Shown: positions 36,572-48,776 of the stretch, in pieces | How the letters are laid out: the number at the start of each line of letters is the position of its first letter | How positions within the stretch are numbered: position 1 is the first letter of the stretch | Assembly: GCA_950097015.1 (NCBI GenBank) | Contig: CATNEN010000037.1 | Coordinates: forward strand, 186,001-250,000 | Length of the DNA: 64,000 nucleotides | DNA from: Macrostomum hystrix | Taxonomy: Eukaryota; Animalia; Platyhelminthes | Reading direction: 5' to 3' | Notes under the pieces: generated by a model | The model's database searches: none | Seen by the model: the letters and a program-made list of their open reading frames with translations, nothing else | Told to the model about the DNA's origin: nothing | Program-made: the position numbers and the translations under genes

Positions 36572-39500
36572 CTAAATTTCATCCTTAATCTCGACTTCGC
36601 TTTCGTTATCGCTGCGCTCAACCAGGTGCCAATTCTGCAGCACCGCCGCAACAGCGATATCAACGCGCCTATCTGGCGCAATGGGCAGCGAAGCGTCCCC
36701 TGGCAGCAGGCGCTGCAGTAGCTGCAGGACCGAGGCGCGCAGTTTAACCAACTCCTGACCGGCGGTAGCGTCCGCGGTGGCGTCGGCCTCTCTCGGCTGC
36801 CGCGGCTCCGACTTCACCTGACCTAGCTGCGGCGTAGCTACAACTTCGGGCGACTCGCCGACAGCGGAGCTGCAACGTCGATGGCTGGCGTCGGAACTCG
36901 AATGCCAGGACGATGAAGGCGGCGGCGGAGTCGATGACGTCGACGTCGACGATGTTGATGGCGTTGCGGCAGGCGGCAGCGGCAGCGGCGGCGGTGGCGC
37001 AGATTTGGCGTCGTAATCAACGTCGACTGCGGCAACTGGGACGGTTCTACGACGCTTGTATCGATTAACTGGGACAGCGACACGAGGTTCGTTTGTGAGG
37101 TTGGCAGCGATGGCGACTGGCATTCCGTTTGGCATTACAGATGCGATCGACGCCTCCCGTGCTTCTAGCAGCAGACGAGATACCTGGTGAGAATATTTTT
37201 TAGGATTATAATCTCGTAAAATTAAATACGAGCCATTTAGTGTGGGATTGTAATCTGTTGGGAATATTTAGTGTGGGATTACAATCTGTTGGGAATATTC
37301 AGTGTGGGATTACAATCTGTTGGGAATCTCGGTTGCCAAACCAGTGGGCCTTTTTCATGCAAGTATGGGCCAAACTGTGGGCCAATATTCCGGCCCATGG
37401 CGGCCCACACCTGCCGGCCCACGTATGCTGACCCACATATGAATGCCGGCGAATGTCTGCTGGAATCTTCGAATCCGCGCATGCCAAATTGCGTGGTCTC
37501 ATACACGGCTCTCGACCAACGGACACGGAAGTAGCTGGAGTGTTGCGGCGCCAACTGGCGCGGTGCGCTTTCATGACACAGCTTGGGTTGCAAAACCCTT
37601 TCACAGATAGGCCGCTGACTGGCGAAACCCGCCTACATGACGTTACGCGGTTGCAGAAGCCGAACCGTATTACAGCTGGCGCAGCACAGCAATACAGTAA
37701 GGCCATTCTACGAGCTAAAGCATGGAATTGAGTTGGAGATTTTCACGCCTAGCTTACGGAAACAGCGGTCTGCATCTTGTTTCGTAGCTTTTTTTGGAGG
37801 CAGAGGGCTCCTATCGCTGAGTTTGAATTCGCGCGCATCCAGACTATTAGAGCATCCGCGGACTCTGCAAGGGCGATTCTCCGTCTCAAGCGCCTGTCGA
37901 CAAGTAGCCCCAATGCAGAAGATCATCCGATGTTTCGGTTGACGCAGAATACAGCGCATGGCGGCTGCTCGGCGGCACACGTACGTCAGCTCCAAACAGA
38001 CCATTTTTGGCGACATTGCGCGGCTAAGGTGGCGGCCAAGTCCACAGCCAAGCAGCAGAAGGCCTGAGAAGCAGCGGCTAAGGTGGCGGCCAAGTCCACA
38101 GCCAAGCAGCAGAAGGCCTGAGAAGCAGCGGCTAAGGCGGCGGCCAAGTCCACAGAAAAGCAGCAGAAGGACTGAGAAGCAGCGGCTAAGGCGGCGGCCA
38201 AGTCCACAGCCAAGCAGCAGAAGGCCTGAGAAGCAGCGGCTAAGGTGGCGGCCAAGTCCACAGCCAAGCAGCAGAAGGCCTGAGAAGCAGCGGCTAAGGT
38301 GGCGGCCAAGTCCACAGCCAAGCAGCAGAAGGCCTGAGAAGCAGCGGCTAAGGCGGCGGCCAAGTCCACAGCCAAGCAGCAGAAGGCCTGAGAAGCAGCG
38401 GCTAAGGCGGCGGCCAAGTCCACAGCCAAGCAGCAGAAGGCCTGAGAAGCAGCGGCTAAGGCGGCGGCCAAGTCCACAGCCAAGCAGCAGAAGGCCTGAG
38501 AAGCAGCGGCTAAGGTGGCGGCCAAGTCCACAGAAAAGCAGCAGAAGGACTGAGAAGCAGCGGCTAAGGCGGCGGCCAAGTCCACAGCCAAGCAGCAGAA
38601 GGCCTGAGAAGCAGCGGCTAAGGTGGCGGCCAAGTCCACAGCCAAGCAGCAGAAAGCCTGAGAAGCAGCGGCTAAGGCGGCGGCCAAGTCCACAGCCAAG
38701 CAGCAGAAGGCCTGAGAAGCAGCGGCTAAGGTGGCGGCCAAGTCCACAGCCAAGCAGCAGAAGGCCTGAGAAGCAGCGGCTAAGGTGGCGGCCAAGTCCA
38801 CAGCCAAGCAGCAGAAGGCCTGAGAAGCAGCGGCTAAGGCGGCGGCCAAGTCCACAGCCAAGCAGCAGAAGGCCTGAGAAGCAGCGGCTAAGGCGGCGGC
38901 CAAGTCCACAGCCAAGCAGCAGAAGGCCTGAGAAGCAGCGGCTAAGGCGGCGGCCAAGTCCACAGCCAAGCAGCAGAAGGCCTGAGAAGCAGCGGCTAAG
39001 GTGGCGGCCAAGTCCACAGCCAAGCAGCAGAAGGACTGAGAAGCAGCGGCTAAGGCGGCGGCCAAGTCCACAGCCAAGCAGCAGAAGGCCTGAGAAGCAG
39101 CGGCTAAGGCGGCGGCCAAGTCCACAGCCAAGCAGCAGAAGGCCTGAGAAGCAGCGGCTAAGGCGGCGGCCAAGTCCACAGCCAAGCAGCAGAAGGCCTG
39201 AGAAGCAACGGCTAAGGTGGCGGCCAAGTCCACAGCCAAGCAGCAGAAGGCCTGAGAAGCAGCGGCTAAGGCGGCGGCAAAAATTTTCGACTTGGACGCA
39301 CCCAATAACTCCGGGTACACAGACTTGCGGAAGAGGTTAGCCACTGCCCTCGATGAGCCCGCTGCTGATGCCCACACCGATGGGCTGATATGTGTGGGCT
39401 GATATGGGCCGGCATATGTGGGCTGATATGGGCCGATATATGTGGGCTGATATGGGCCGATATGTGTGGGCTGATATGGGCCGGCATATGTGGGCTGATA

Positions 39501-42500
39501 TGGGCCGGCATATGTGGGCTGATATGGGCCGGCATATGTGGGCTGATATGGGCCGGCATATGTGGGCTGATATGGGCCGATATGTGTGGGCTGATATGGG
39601 CCGATATATGTGGGCTGATATGGGCCGATATGTGTGGGCTGATATGGGCCGATATATGTGGGCTGATATGGGCCGATATGTGTGGGCTGATATGGGCCGA
39701 TATATGTGGGCTGATATGGGCCGATATGGGCCGATATATGTGGGCTGATATGGGCCGATATATGTGGGCTGATATGGGCCGATATATGTGGGCCGGCATA
39801 TGTGGGCCGATATGGGCCGATATATGTGGGCTGATATGGGCCGATATGTGTGGGCTGATATGGGCCGATATGTGTGGGCTGATATGGGCCGGCATATGTG
39901 GGCTGATATGGGCCGATATATGTGGGCCGATATATGTGGGCTGATATGGGCCGATATGTGTGGGCTGATATGGGCCGATATATGTGGGCTGATATGGGCC
40001 GATATATGTGGGCTGATATGGGCCGATATATGTGGGCTGATATGGGCCGATATATGTGGGCTGATATGGGCCGATATGTGTGGGCTGATATGGGCTGATA
40101 TATGTGGGCTGATATGTGTGGGCTGATATGGGCCGATATATGTGGGCTGATATGGGCCGATATATGTGGGCTGAATGGGCCGATATATGTGGGCTGATAT
40201 GGGCCGATATATGTGGGCTGATATGGGCCGATATATGTGGGCCGATATATGTGGGCTGATATGGGCCGATATATGTGGGCTGATATGCGCCGGCATATGT
40301 GGGCTGATATGGGCCGGCATATGTGGGTCAGTCTGGGCCACTTTCTGCTTGGGTCAGCGTAGGTCAATGTGGGCTTTCTGCGGGCCGCTCAGAACCTAAA
40401 TTTGGCCCACTAGTGGGCCAAATAATGTGGGCCAGCCGACTTTTTTGGACAACCGGGAATATTTAGTGTGGGATTATAATATGTTGGGAATATTTAGTGT
40501 GGGATTATAATATGTTGGGAATATTTAGTGTGGGATTATAGTCTGATGGGAATATTTAGTGTGGGATTATAATCTGATGGGAATATTTAGTGTGGGATTA
40601 TAATCTGATGGGAATATCAAGTGTATGATTATAATCTGATGGGAATATTTAGTGTGGGATTATAATCTGATGGGAATATTTAGTGTGGGATTATAATCTG
40701 ATGGGAATATTTAGTGTGGGATTATAATCTGATGGGAATATTTAGTGTGGGATTATAATCTGATGGGAATATTTAGTGTGGGATTATAATCTGATGGGAA
40801 TATCAAGTGTATGATTATAATCTGATGGGAATATTTAGTGTGGGATTATAATCTGATGGGAATATTTAGTGTGGGATTATAATCTGATGGGAATATTTAG
40901 TGTGGGATTATAGTCTGATGGGAATATTTAGTGTGGGATTATAATCTGATGGGAATATTTAGTGTGGGATTATAATATGATGGGAATATTTAGTGTGGGA
41001 TTATAATATGTTGGGAATATTTAGTGTGGGATTATAATCTGATGGGAATATCAAGTGTGGGATTATAATCTGATGGGAATATTTAGTGTGGGATTATAAT
41101 CTGATGGGAATATTTAGTGTAGGATTTAGAATGCTATCATATTTACATTAGGGATATATTCATAGGGAAGAACCAATCGGAATCCCCAAATACCTCGCTA
41201 TCATCGTCTTCCTCCGGATCGTTGCAGCTATTGAAGAAGGCGTCTGTGCTCATGGCGCAGTGCCAGGTCCGCTTGTCCAGCTCGCGGCTCGCACCGCTGG
41301 CAGGCAGGCGGCGACACTTGCCACAGCGGCTGCACTCCAGCCAGCAGTAGACTGCAGCCTGGCCAGCGGAACCCGGCTCCGCTCTGCCGTTGAGGTCTAG
41401 GTACTCCCGCAGCTGGTGCGTCAGGCGGGCCATGCAGTTGCTGACCGGGCAGGAAGAAAACAGAATTCTTGCATTTCCCAGTGACGGTGGATACATCCAA
41501 AACGATTGCGCCCCCAAAAGCTACATGCTACATTCAAGTAGCATGTGAATGTAGGATCACTCAATATCCCAATGTAGGATCAATATCCTAAGGTAGGATC
41601 AATATCCTAAGGTAGGATCAATATCCCAATGTAGGATCAATATCCCAATGTAGGATCCAGATCCTAATGTTGGATCAAGATCCCAATGTATGATCAAGGA
41701 TTCGAGATCCCAATGTAGGATTAAGGATTCGATATCCAAATGTTGGATCAAAGATTCAAGATCCCAATGTATGATCAAGGATTTGAGATCCCAATGTAGG
41801 ATTAAGGATTCGAGATCCCAATGTAGGATCAAAGATTCGAGATCCCAATGTAGGATCAAAGATTCGAGATCCTAATGTAGGATCAAAGATTCGAGATCCC
41901 AATGTAGGATTAAAGATTCGAGATCCCAATGTAGGATCAAAGATTCGAGATCCCAATGTAGGATTAAAGTCTGTGGACTGGGGAGGCGGCTATTGCTGGT
42001 GTACTCATTTTACAGCTGGGTGAACTGAAGCACCAGGGAATTCAGTGTGTTTCTCAAAGAAACGAAATGCTTTCCTTGGACTGAGAATCGAACTCCCGAC
42101 CACTCAGTCAGAAGTCCGAAGCTCTAACCAATGGGCTAAAAGGTCAAGTAATATTGATTTTCAACGAAAATCCCCAATTCCAATAAAAATAGCAAGCTCA
42201 TCCGGGACGCAGACCGAAAATTCTGATTCCGCTCAAAGTCCTGCTTGACGTGATTTGGCTGCAGATGATCGACCTCGGCAACCAGGGCCACACCGCGCGC
42301 CTTATTGGGCTCCTTGACCAGCTTCTCGTAGGCCAGGATGAGTCGATTCCTGTGATAGAGCAGTGCGCCGTAATCAGCGTGACCCTGTGGCAGGAAGCCA
42401 ATCACCATGCGGCAGCGATAGTTGAGCCTGAGATCCATGCGCTCAAACTCTGCCTGACTGAGCTTAGGAGAATAGTACTGCAGGCATTGTCTGGTAAGAA

Positions 42501-44115
42501 CTCGCTGCATATGCTGCGACTGCACCGCCTGACCATCGATGCGAATGGCCATGCGGGGCCGCATGTACAGGATGCTCAGGTAAGACCGCAGCGACCGCCT
42601 GTACTCTGGTACCTGAGGCAGAGAGTTCATCTGTTTGATGGGAGAGGGGTGGCTTGGATGTAGATGCACGATGATTTGCTAACACAAAATTACCCAGAAA
42701 ATAATCTAAAAATGTTGAAATGATATGTGAGGGGTAGTAATTGCTGGCCCTACAAATGGTATGAGGGGTAGAAGTTGCTGGCCGTACAAATGGTATGTGA
42801 GGGGTAGAAGTTGCTGGCCCTACAAATGGTATGTGAGGGGTAGAAGTTGCTGGCCCTACAAATGGTGTGTGAGGGGTAGAAGTTGCTGGCCCTACAAATG
42901 GTGTGTGAGGGGTAGAAGTTGCTGGCCCTACAAATGGTGTGTGAATGTGAGGAGTTGAAGTTGCAGGTTTTTGAGGGTAAGCAGCAAAATCTGGCTAAAT
43001 AGACTCGCTAACCAGCATTCTCTGAGCGGGATTCAGTGCCTCCGCGGACACAGACTCCAGGCAGATGATGTCGCCCGGAACGCTGCGGAAGTCCAGCTCG
43101 AGGGCCGCGTCAGGCTGCTCGCTGCACCGCTTCAGATTGTAGATGATGATTCGAGTGCCCGTGACTGGAATGATGTCAAACTGGTCCATTAGAAGCTGCT
43201 GGCTGCCGCTGAACAATGGACAGTGATCACAGATGAGAGCCAGTGACTGATAGCCGTCGGGATCCGTGTCAATCATCGCGTCGTCCACCCAGGAGCAGAT
43301 TGGCAAAATTACTGTGTCGGCGCCAACATTGGCTAGAAATGTTTGCGAAAGAAATCCGACAGATTTGAGTAGGCGGCTTCCATCGGCTGACCAACACTTC
43401 GTGAGCACCAGCGCGTCCTTGCCTGGTGAGTTGGGTAAGTACATTTGTATCAGCATTGTGGTCGACGGAATATAACGAATAACGGCAATCGTCTACATGA
43501 CATGCCTAAAATTAGACGAGACATCCCATTGTTAGACAGAACGTCCTATTGTTAGACAGAACGTCCTATTGTTACACAGAACATCCTATTGTTAGACAGA
43601 ACGTCACATTTTTAGACAGGACATCTCCTTTTTAGGCAGGAGTTTCGTTAAGTAGACAAATGAAATCCCATAGTTCGAAGAACATGCCATTGTTGGACAT
43701 AACCATTGTTGGAAACTTCATACTGGACTCCCCAAATCTCCTTCTCACCAATCCGCATGGAGCCGGACTTGAAGCCGTTGCCATACTGGCCTACAGGCTT
43801 GTAGCCCCGCTCTGCCTGCTTGGAGCAGTAGCCAAAGCTCAGCATTTTATGCAGCTTATCGATTGGCATGCCTCTACCATCATCAGTGAAAGTCAAGTAG
43901 TCCAGCCCGTTAATATATTCATGCGCCATTTCCATACTGGCCGCCCGACAGTCGGGGTCATAGGCATTGTCAATAATCTCTGCGATGGCTGAGAATACCC
44001 AGGTGTGTGAAGTGGAGTTGGAATCTAAGTAGGCTGGACTGGTCTGGGCCAACCGCAAGCCATTGATTGAGTTGCTACTGGCAATTATACTGAGTTTGCT
44101 GCACTCTTCTGTCAT
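36572..44115 (-). CDS. MORC: MORC-family ATPase (GHKL + S5 + CW zinc finger, MORC3/4-like); exons 44115-43749, 43422-43013, 42612-42215, 41440-41194, 37183-36572; 677 aa
   Basis: AIAEIIDNAYD, DDGRGM, GQYGNGFKSGSMRIG, GTRIIIYNL, SLRSYLSILY, YHRNRLI, QPNHVKQDF; CW WLECSRCGKCRRL..WHCAMSTD..C; all splice phases are consistent. Confidence 0.9.
38022..39280. repeat. 54-bp GC-rich tandem array inside the CMC-like element
   Basis: Unit GCGGCTAAGGCGGCGGCCAAGTCCACAGCCAAGCAGCAGAAGGCCTGAGAAGCA. Confidence 0.92.
39383..40330. repeat. 24-bp subterminal array (GGGCTGATATGGGCCGATATATGT)n inside the CMC-like element
   Basis: Direct reading. Confidence 0.9.
41553..41968. repeat. 19/27-bp minisatellite (TGTAGGATCAAAGATTCGAGATCCCAA)n in MORC intron 3
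   Basis: Direct reading. Confidence 0.88.
41975..42138 (-). mobile_element. tRNA(Arg-like)-derived SINE fragment in MORC intron 3
   Basis: Minus strand TAGCCCATTGGTTAGAGC (A box), CTTCTGA loop, GGAGTTCGATTCTC (B box), followed by CACCCAGCTGTAAAATGAGTAC. Confidence 0.65.
42725..42945. repeat. 36-bp minisatellite (GTGAGGGGTAGAAGTTGCTGGCCCTACAAATGGT[A/G]T)n in MORC intron 2
   Basis: Direct reading. Confidence 0.9.
43520..43640. repeat. 20-bp minisatellite (CCTATTGTTAGACAGAACGT)n in MORC intron 1
   Basis: Direct reading. Confidence 0.85.
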
Positions 44116-44334
44116 AGTGCTTCTTTAATTAAGATCAGAGTAGCAATCACTGCCAGGTGAATAGACTGATATTTATAGTCAACAATATTACAGCTGCAAA
44201 GCATTGGATTCATTGGATTTCACTCACATTAATTTTGATAGTCCAAACATTACAGAAATAGTAAAAAGCTAGATTTTTTATTTGACAGGTCAGAGGTCAC
44301 CAAACTTTACCATGTAGAAAAGGTAATTATCAGT

Positions 44335-44650
44335 AACAGGGGACATTCCCCTATAAGACAGGACATTCCCCTGTAAGACAGGACATTCCCCTATAAGACA
44401 GGACATTCCCCTCTAAGACAGGACATTCCCCTCTAAGACAGGACATTCCCCTCTAAGACAGGACATTCCCCTGAAAGACATACATTTCCACATAATACAG
44501 GACATTCCCTTGCAAGACAGGATATTGCCATGTAATACAGGACATTCCCCTGCAAGACTCGACATTCCCGTGTAATACAGGACATTGCCCTGAAAGACAG
44601 GACATTCCCATGTAATACAAGACAGTACCTTGTAAGACAGGACATTCCAT
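44335..44650. repeat. 20-bp minisatellite (GACAGGACATTCCCCT[A/G/C]TAA)n upstream of MORC
   Basis: Direct reading. Confidence 0.85.
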
Positions 44651-45127
44651 CCTATAGCCTTTATAGACAAGATAGCTATTCCCCATAAAATAGGGCATCC
44701 TACCTCTGGCCTTAGAGCAAACATAGCAGATATATATTTAATATTTTCATTTGAATTCTATTAAGTAAGTAGGGCCTATGCATGTGGAATGCTTAAGTTT
44801 GGCTCAAAGTAGGTAGCTAATGACTGATTATAACCATAGGGGCCTAACATATAAAATATAGGACATAAGTTCATAACAAATGAATCACCAGACAACAGTT
44901 TTGTTTTTCAAATTATTGGACGATCTAGCAATATTGACAATGATTGATACATTTCACAAAAAAAATGTTTGTAAAATTGCAAAATTTGTAATTTTTTAGA
45001 TATTAATGTTTTATATATAATATATGAATATTAAATATGTACATTTTTAATATATTGTCTGAGGATAATGTCAGTACATAGAATATAGGGCCTACTGTCA
45101 AAAAAGACAAAAGATATGCAAAGGAAG

Positions 45128-45848
45128 TGCTTATTCCCATGGTCCCGTGCGATAATTTCAATTTTATCCACAGATTCCACACGGATCCATGCCGATAATT
45201 TTCTGCTTATCCACTCGGCAGCTTGTATGAATAGCTCTACTTTCAAGTCCCTACCTATTCTTCTCTGAGCATAAGGCTTTTGCTTCAGAGTATAGTGTAT
45301 GGTGTACACTATCAATGCATAGTGTAAAATAATAGCAATGATGTATAATATGTGTGACGAGTTTGGTGCTGACTAGAATTCTGCTGGTTGACTCGTATGA
45401 TTTTCTTTGATATACTTCTTACTTTGTTGTACATAAGTCAATACAATTCGAATGAAAACCAAGGACCACTAGAAGAAGATCTTCTTCTAGTGGTCCTTGA
45501 TGAAAACACGTAACGATGACAAAAGATTTAGTAAGTTGTTAAAATTAAAAAGGATGACATTAATGTCGGTTAATGAATGTGTAGGTCGAAATGTAGAACA
45601 CTGTCGTAACACACTGGCAACTTTGTCGATCTATTGGCTCGAGGGTTCAACAAAACGTTCAAACTCGAAAGGGCCTCGTTTGAATGAACAGAACCGTGTG
45701 GATAAAATTGAAATTAACGGCACGGCATATTTATATAAAGGGTTTTAGACCTATTCATACAAGCTGCCGTGTGGATAAGCAGAAAATTATCGGCACGGAT
45801 CCGTGTGGATAAAATTGAAATTATCGGCACAGGCCGTGGGAATAAGCC
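45128..45848. mobile_element. Fold-back/MITE-like structure with about 100-bp inverted arms (45128-45235 and 45750-45848)
   Basis: Reverse complement of the left arm matches CTATTCATACAAGCTGCCG.GTGGATAAGCAGAAAATTATCGGCA.GGATCCGTGTGGA..GGGAATAAGC of the right arm; no clear TSD. Confidence 0.65.
45460..45499. mobile_element. 40-bp perfect palindrome flanked by an 8-bp direct repeat
   Basis: CAAGGACCACTAGAAGAAGA|TCTTCTTCTAGTGGTCCTTG; ATGAAAAC at 45452-45459 and 45500-45507. Confidence 0.75.
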
Positions 45849-48776
45849 CTGCCCAATCACCAGTATCTAAGCGAAGGGTAAAGAACTTAGAGCTTAGAAG
45901 AATCGAATATTGAATACTGCACTGCATAGATTGAGGTTGTGTCGATTATGGCCCATTCAACAAATTGTTTTGCGAGTTAAAATTATAGGCCCGCCTCTAG
46001 TGAGTGAGTCATCAGTTTATCGATGCTATAGGATAGGCGGCTGCTCTGTCCAGTCACGTGACATTGATTTAGTCAGGCGGAGGGCCTCACTGTAGTCTTT
46101 AGTATGTACATACATTGTACACCCAATGGGCCATAGAGCCCTAGTAGGCCCTATTGGCGCCCCAGTCATAACTGTGCATTTGACTAAAGTAGGATAGTAG
46201 ATTTGACTAATATCCAGCTTCTAAGAACACTTGTTTTGGTAAAACTCATGAGTGTCACCTGACCTGGTCAATCTATTAAACTTCGCCTATTCAGCAATGC
46301 CTCAATTATGTTTAGACCATGGTCCGATGTATAAAACCAGACAATTTTGCAGATATTTTTGGTTTTCAATTAGCAAAAAGGAACGAATAATTATGTATCT
46401 CTGATGTAAAAATATTTGTTGTATATGAAATGTACTTTATAGTTACTTAAGCTGATGCAAGCCTGACTGGTAAATGAGACGTTTAATTTGACTGATGCTG
46501 CGCATAATTCCACTGAATCAGTTTAAATTTATAAGCTTACAGGCTTATGTACGCATGAGGTGGGTTGTACAAGGAGTACGTTTTGATTTTGTTGTACGGC
46601 TAAATTTCTGTTCTGCTAATAACCTAAGAGACAAAACTGTAACGACAATTACTAATAGCTGTAGTCCTGAATGTTATAACTGTACTAATTGAATCAGTGA
46701 AATTAAAGAAATTCGCGCCAGGGTGTCCATAGTGGCCTAGTTCCACATGATGTAGCCATTGAAGGTCCAACAGTCCGTCTAGATAAAGGTAGGTGACCAC
46801 CGAAGACGGAGATGCAGGCACATTCTGATCAATTATGAAGGCCTGGCAAGGCCGCACTGAGGCGTAGTGCACTGGTTCGTGCTTCAGAAGATGCGCAACA
46901 AAAAGTTGGCCCGTGTTCTAGAGCTTTGTGTACAGCAAAAAGTTGCGTTGGTCCTTTAGGGTACAGCAAAAAATGGTCAGGGGGAAATCACCCCCCCTAG
47001 TTTTTCAGTTGAACACCAAAAAAGACGTAAAGATTATTCACCTTGAGGCAAGATGAAATTAGTGGCGGGCATTAAGGATCAAAACTGATTTAGCTTCTTG
47101 TTTTTATTTTTTTCTCACGCAGACAGCAGCAAAGCATTGCCACAGACCAGACCAGCAACAGGAGACGCGGAAACTTACTAGGTGGAACGAATCAGAGGGG
47201 CGCGAACACAAGACCACTAATTGATTTATTTAGTCGCGAGACTGGAAAAAATCGACGAAAGAAAGGCGACAAAATGGCGGACAAAAAAACAAACCAAGAA
47301 AACACACAAATCGGATTTATCTAACAGAAGCCAATAAACGCGGAACAAACGAGAGAAGAAGACAAATTTGGGGAAATAGAACCGACCGCTAAATCTAAAT
47401 ATGGGCGGGCAGGGGGTAGCTACAAAAGCGCACAGAGCAAACAGAACATCGGAATCGAGACTGAGCTCGTATGTTTAAATGAATAGATTAGTGGCCGCAA
47501 CTAGGTTTGTACAAGCAGGCAGACTTTGCACGCGAATTAGAAACAAAGAGCTTAGTAAAGGCAGACAGAAGACACGGACTGACCGACTCAGGCCTAATCA
47601 ATTCGCACCCGACATTTTTCAGATATTTTCTGCTATCCGATTCTAAGCTAGTTGTGAAAGACGCAAGACAGGAAAAAGGCAGAGAGACAGACAAAAGCAG
47701 ACAGGCAGACAGACAGGCAAAGAACATGAAAGACACATTCGCTCAGCACAGAGAGGACTTACATGAAGGAGACCAGAGATTAGCAGACACATCAGTGAAT
47801 GAGTGGGTGAGTGAGCTAGTTTAGAGTGAGTGCAATTATGAGTTCAACACTCGCTGCCGAAATTAAACCTCTTGGAAGAAGGACAGAGCATTGACAAAGA
47901 CAAGGAAGGCAAACATAGCAGGCAAACAGGCATAAAAGCACTAGTTGATGTAGTTATTACTTAGCGGACTTTGCAAATGAGTTATTAAATGAATGATTAA
48001 CAAAAAAGGTAGCCAGTCTGAAGATTGAATTGAATGCAGTCGGATAGACGTGGGACACAGCTAACACAGGTCCGGGATGTGCACATACTTTAATAAGTTC
48101 AGTAGCATACTGTTAATAATTTTAAATGATCTCGGAGGTACAATGGACTGTGGACAAGTTTGGATTTAGACAGCACAGACGCAGCATCAGCAGCAGCAGC
48201 AGCAGCAACAATGCAGATAACAGGCAAACATATTTTAGTTAGAGCACTCCCTGAAACGGCGAGGAGAAAACTAGGAGAAAAGCCGTGTGTTACAGAATAA
48301 GCAGCAGAAATAGGACAGACGGTACCCGCCATTGTGTCCTTGCTCCTAGAGATGATGTAAACCAGTGCACTGCTTATCAACAGACATAATAAAACACACG
48401 CACAAGCGGTACTTGCAGAATAAAAAATATAAAGAGACCTTATTTTAGATCAACTACCTCAACTAGACGGATGGTATTCAAACGGGCTGGATAGATGCTA
48501 ACGCTTAGAAATAATTAATTTAGAAATCGTTCCACAATAGATTTAGACCGATTTTTGTATTCTTAAAATATAAAACATGGAGGAAACATACTTAGTCCAT
48601 GGCTAGTTAATGACTATCCCATTTAAGAAAGGTTGATACTACGAGTCAATTCCTTAGCTATGCTTTCCTATTCTCTGAAGAATGATCTTTTATACGCAAC
48701 GACACCTGTTGCCAATGAGACAGACAGAACAGAGACCCCAAAACAAAGAGTTGCTAAACATCTGGAGACGCCAGCA

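Larger units (their letters stand above)
37328..40457. mobile_element. 3.1-kb non-autonomous TIR element, CMC/CACTA-like
   Basis: Imperfect TIR CTCGGTTG-CCAAA vs CCCGGTTGTCCAAA (reverse complement of right end); 3-bp TSD AAT (37325-37327, 40458-40460); subterminal TGGGCC/GGCCCA motifs in opposite orientations; internal 54- and 24-bp arrays; no transposase recognised. Confidence 0.72.
37236..41125. repeat. 31-bp minisatellite (GGGAATATTTAGTGTGGGATTATAATCTGAT)n in MORC intron 4, split into 37236-37327 and 40458-41125 by a transposon
   Basis: Period 31; register continues across the insertion. Confidence 0.9.

Noticed and set aside
37708-38016. CRVRGCSN as the start of a THAP domain
   Set aside because: Downstream conserved Pro, Trp and Cys-x-x-His positions not found.
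37986-40399. 793-aa, 460-aa and several WADMGRY/PHISAHI ORFs
   Set aside because: Derived from the 54- and 24-bp arrays inside a TIR element in a MORC intron.
45160-45815. Perfect bacterial DnaA boxes (TTATCCACA) suggesting an oriC or contamination
   Set aside because: They lie in the arms of an inverted repeat between spliced animal genes; no bacterial genes nearby.
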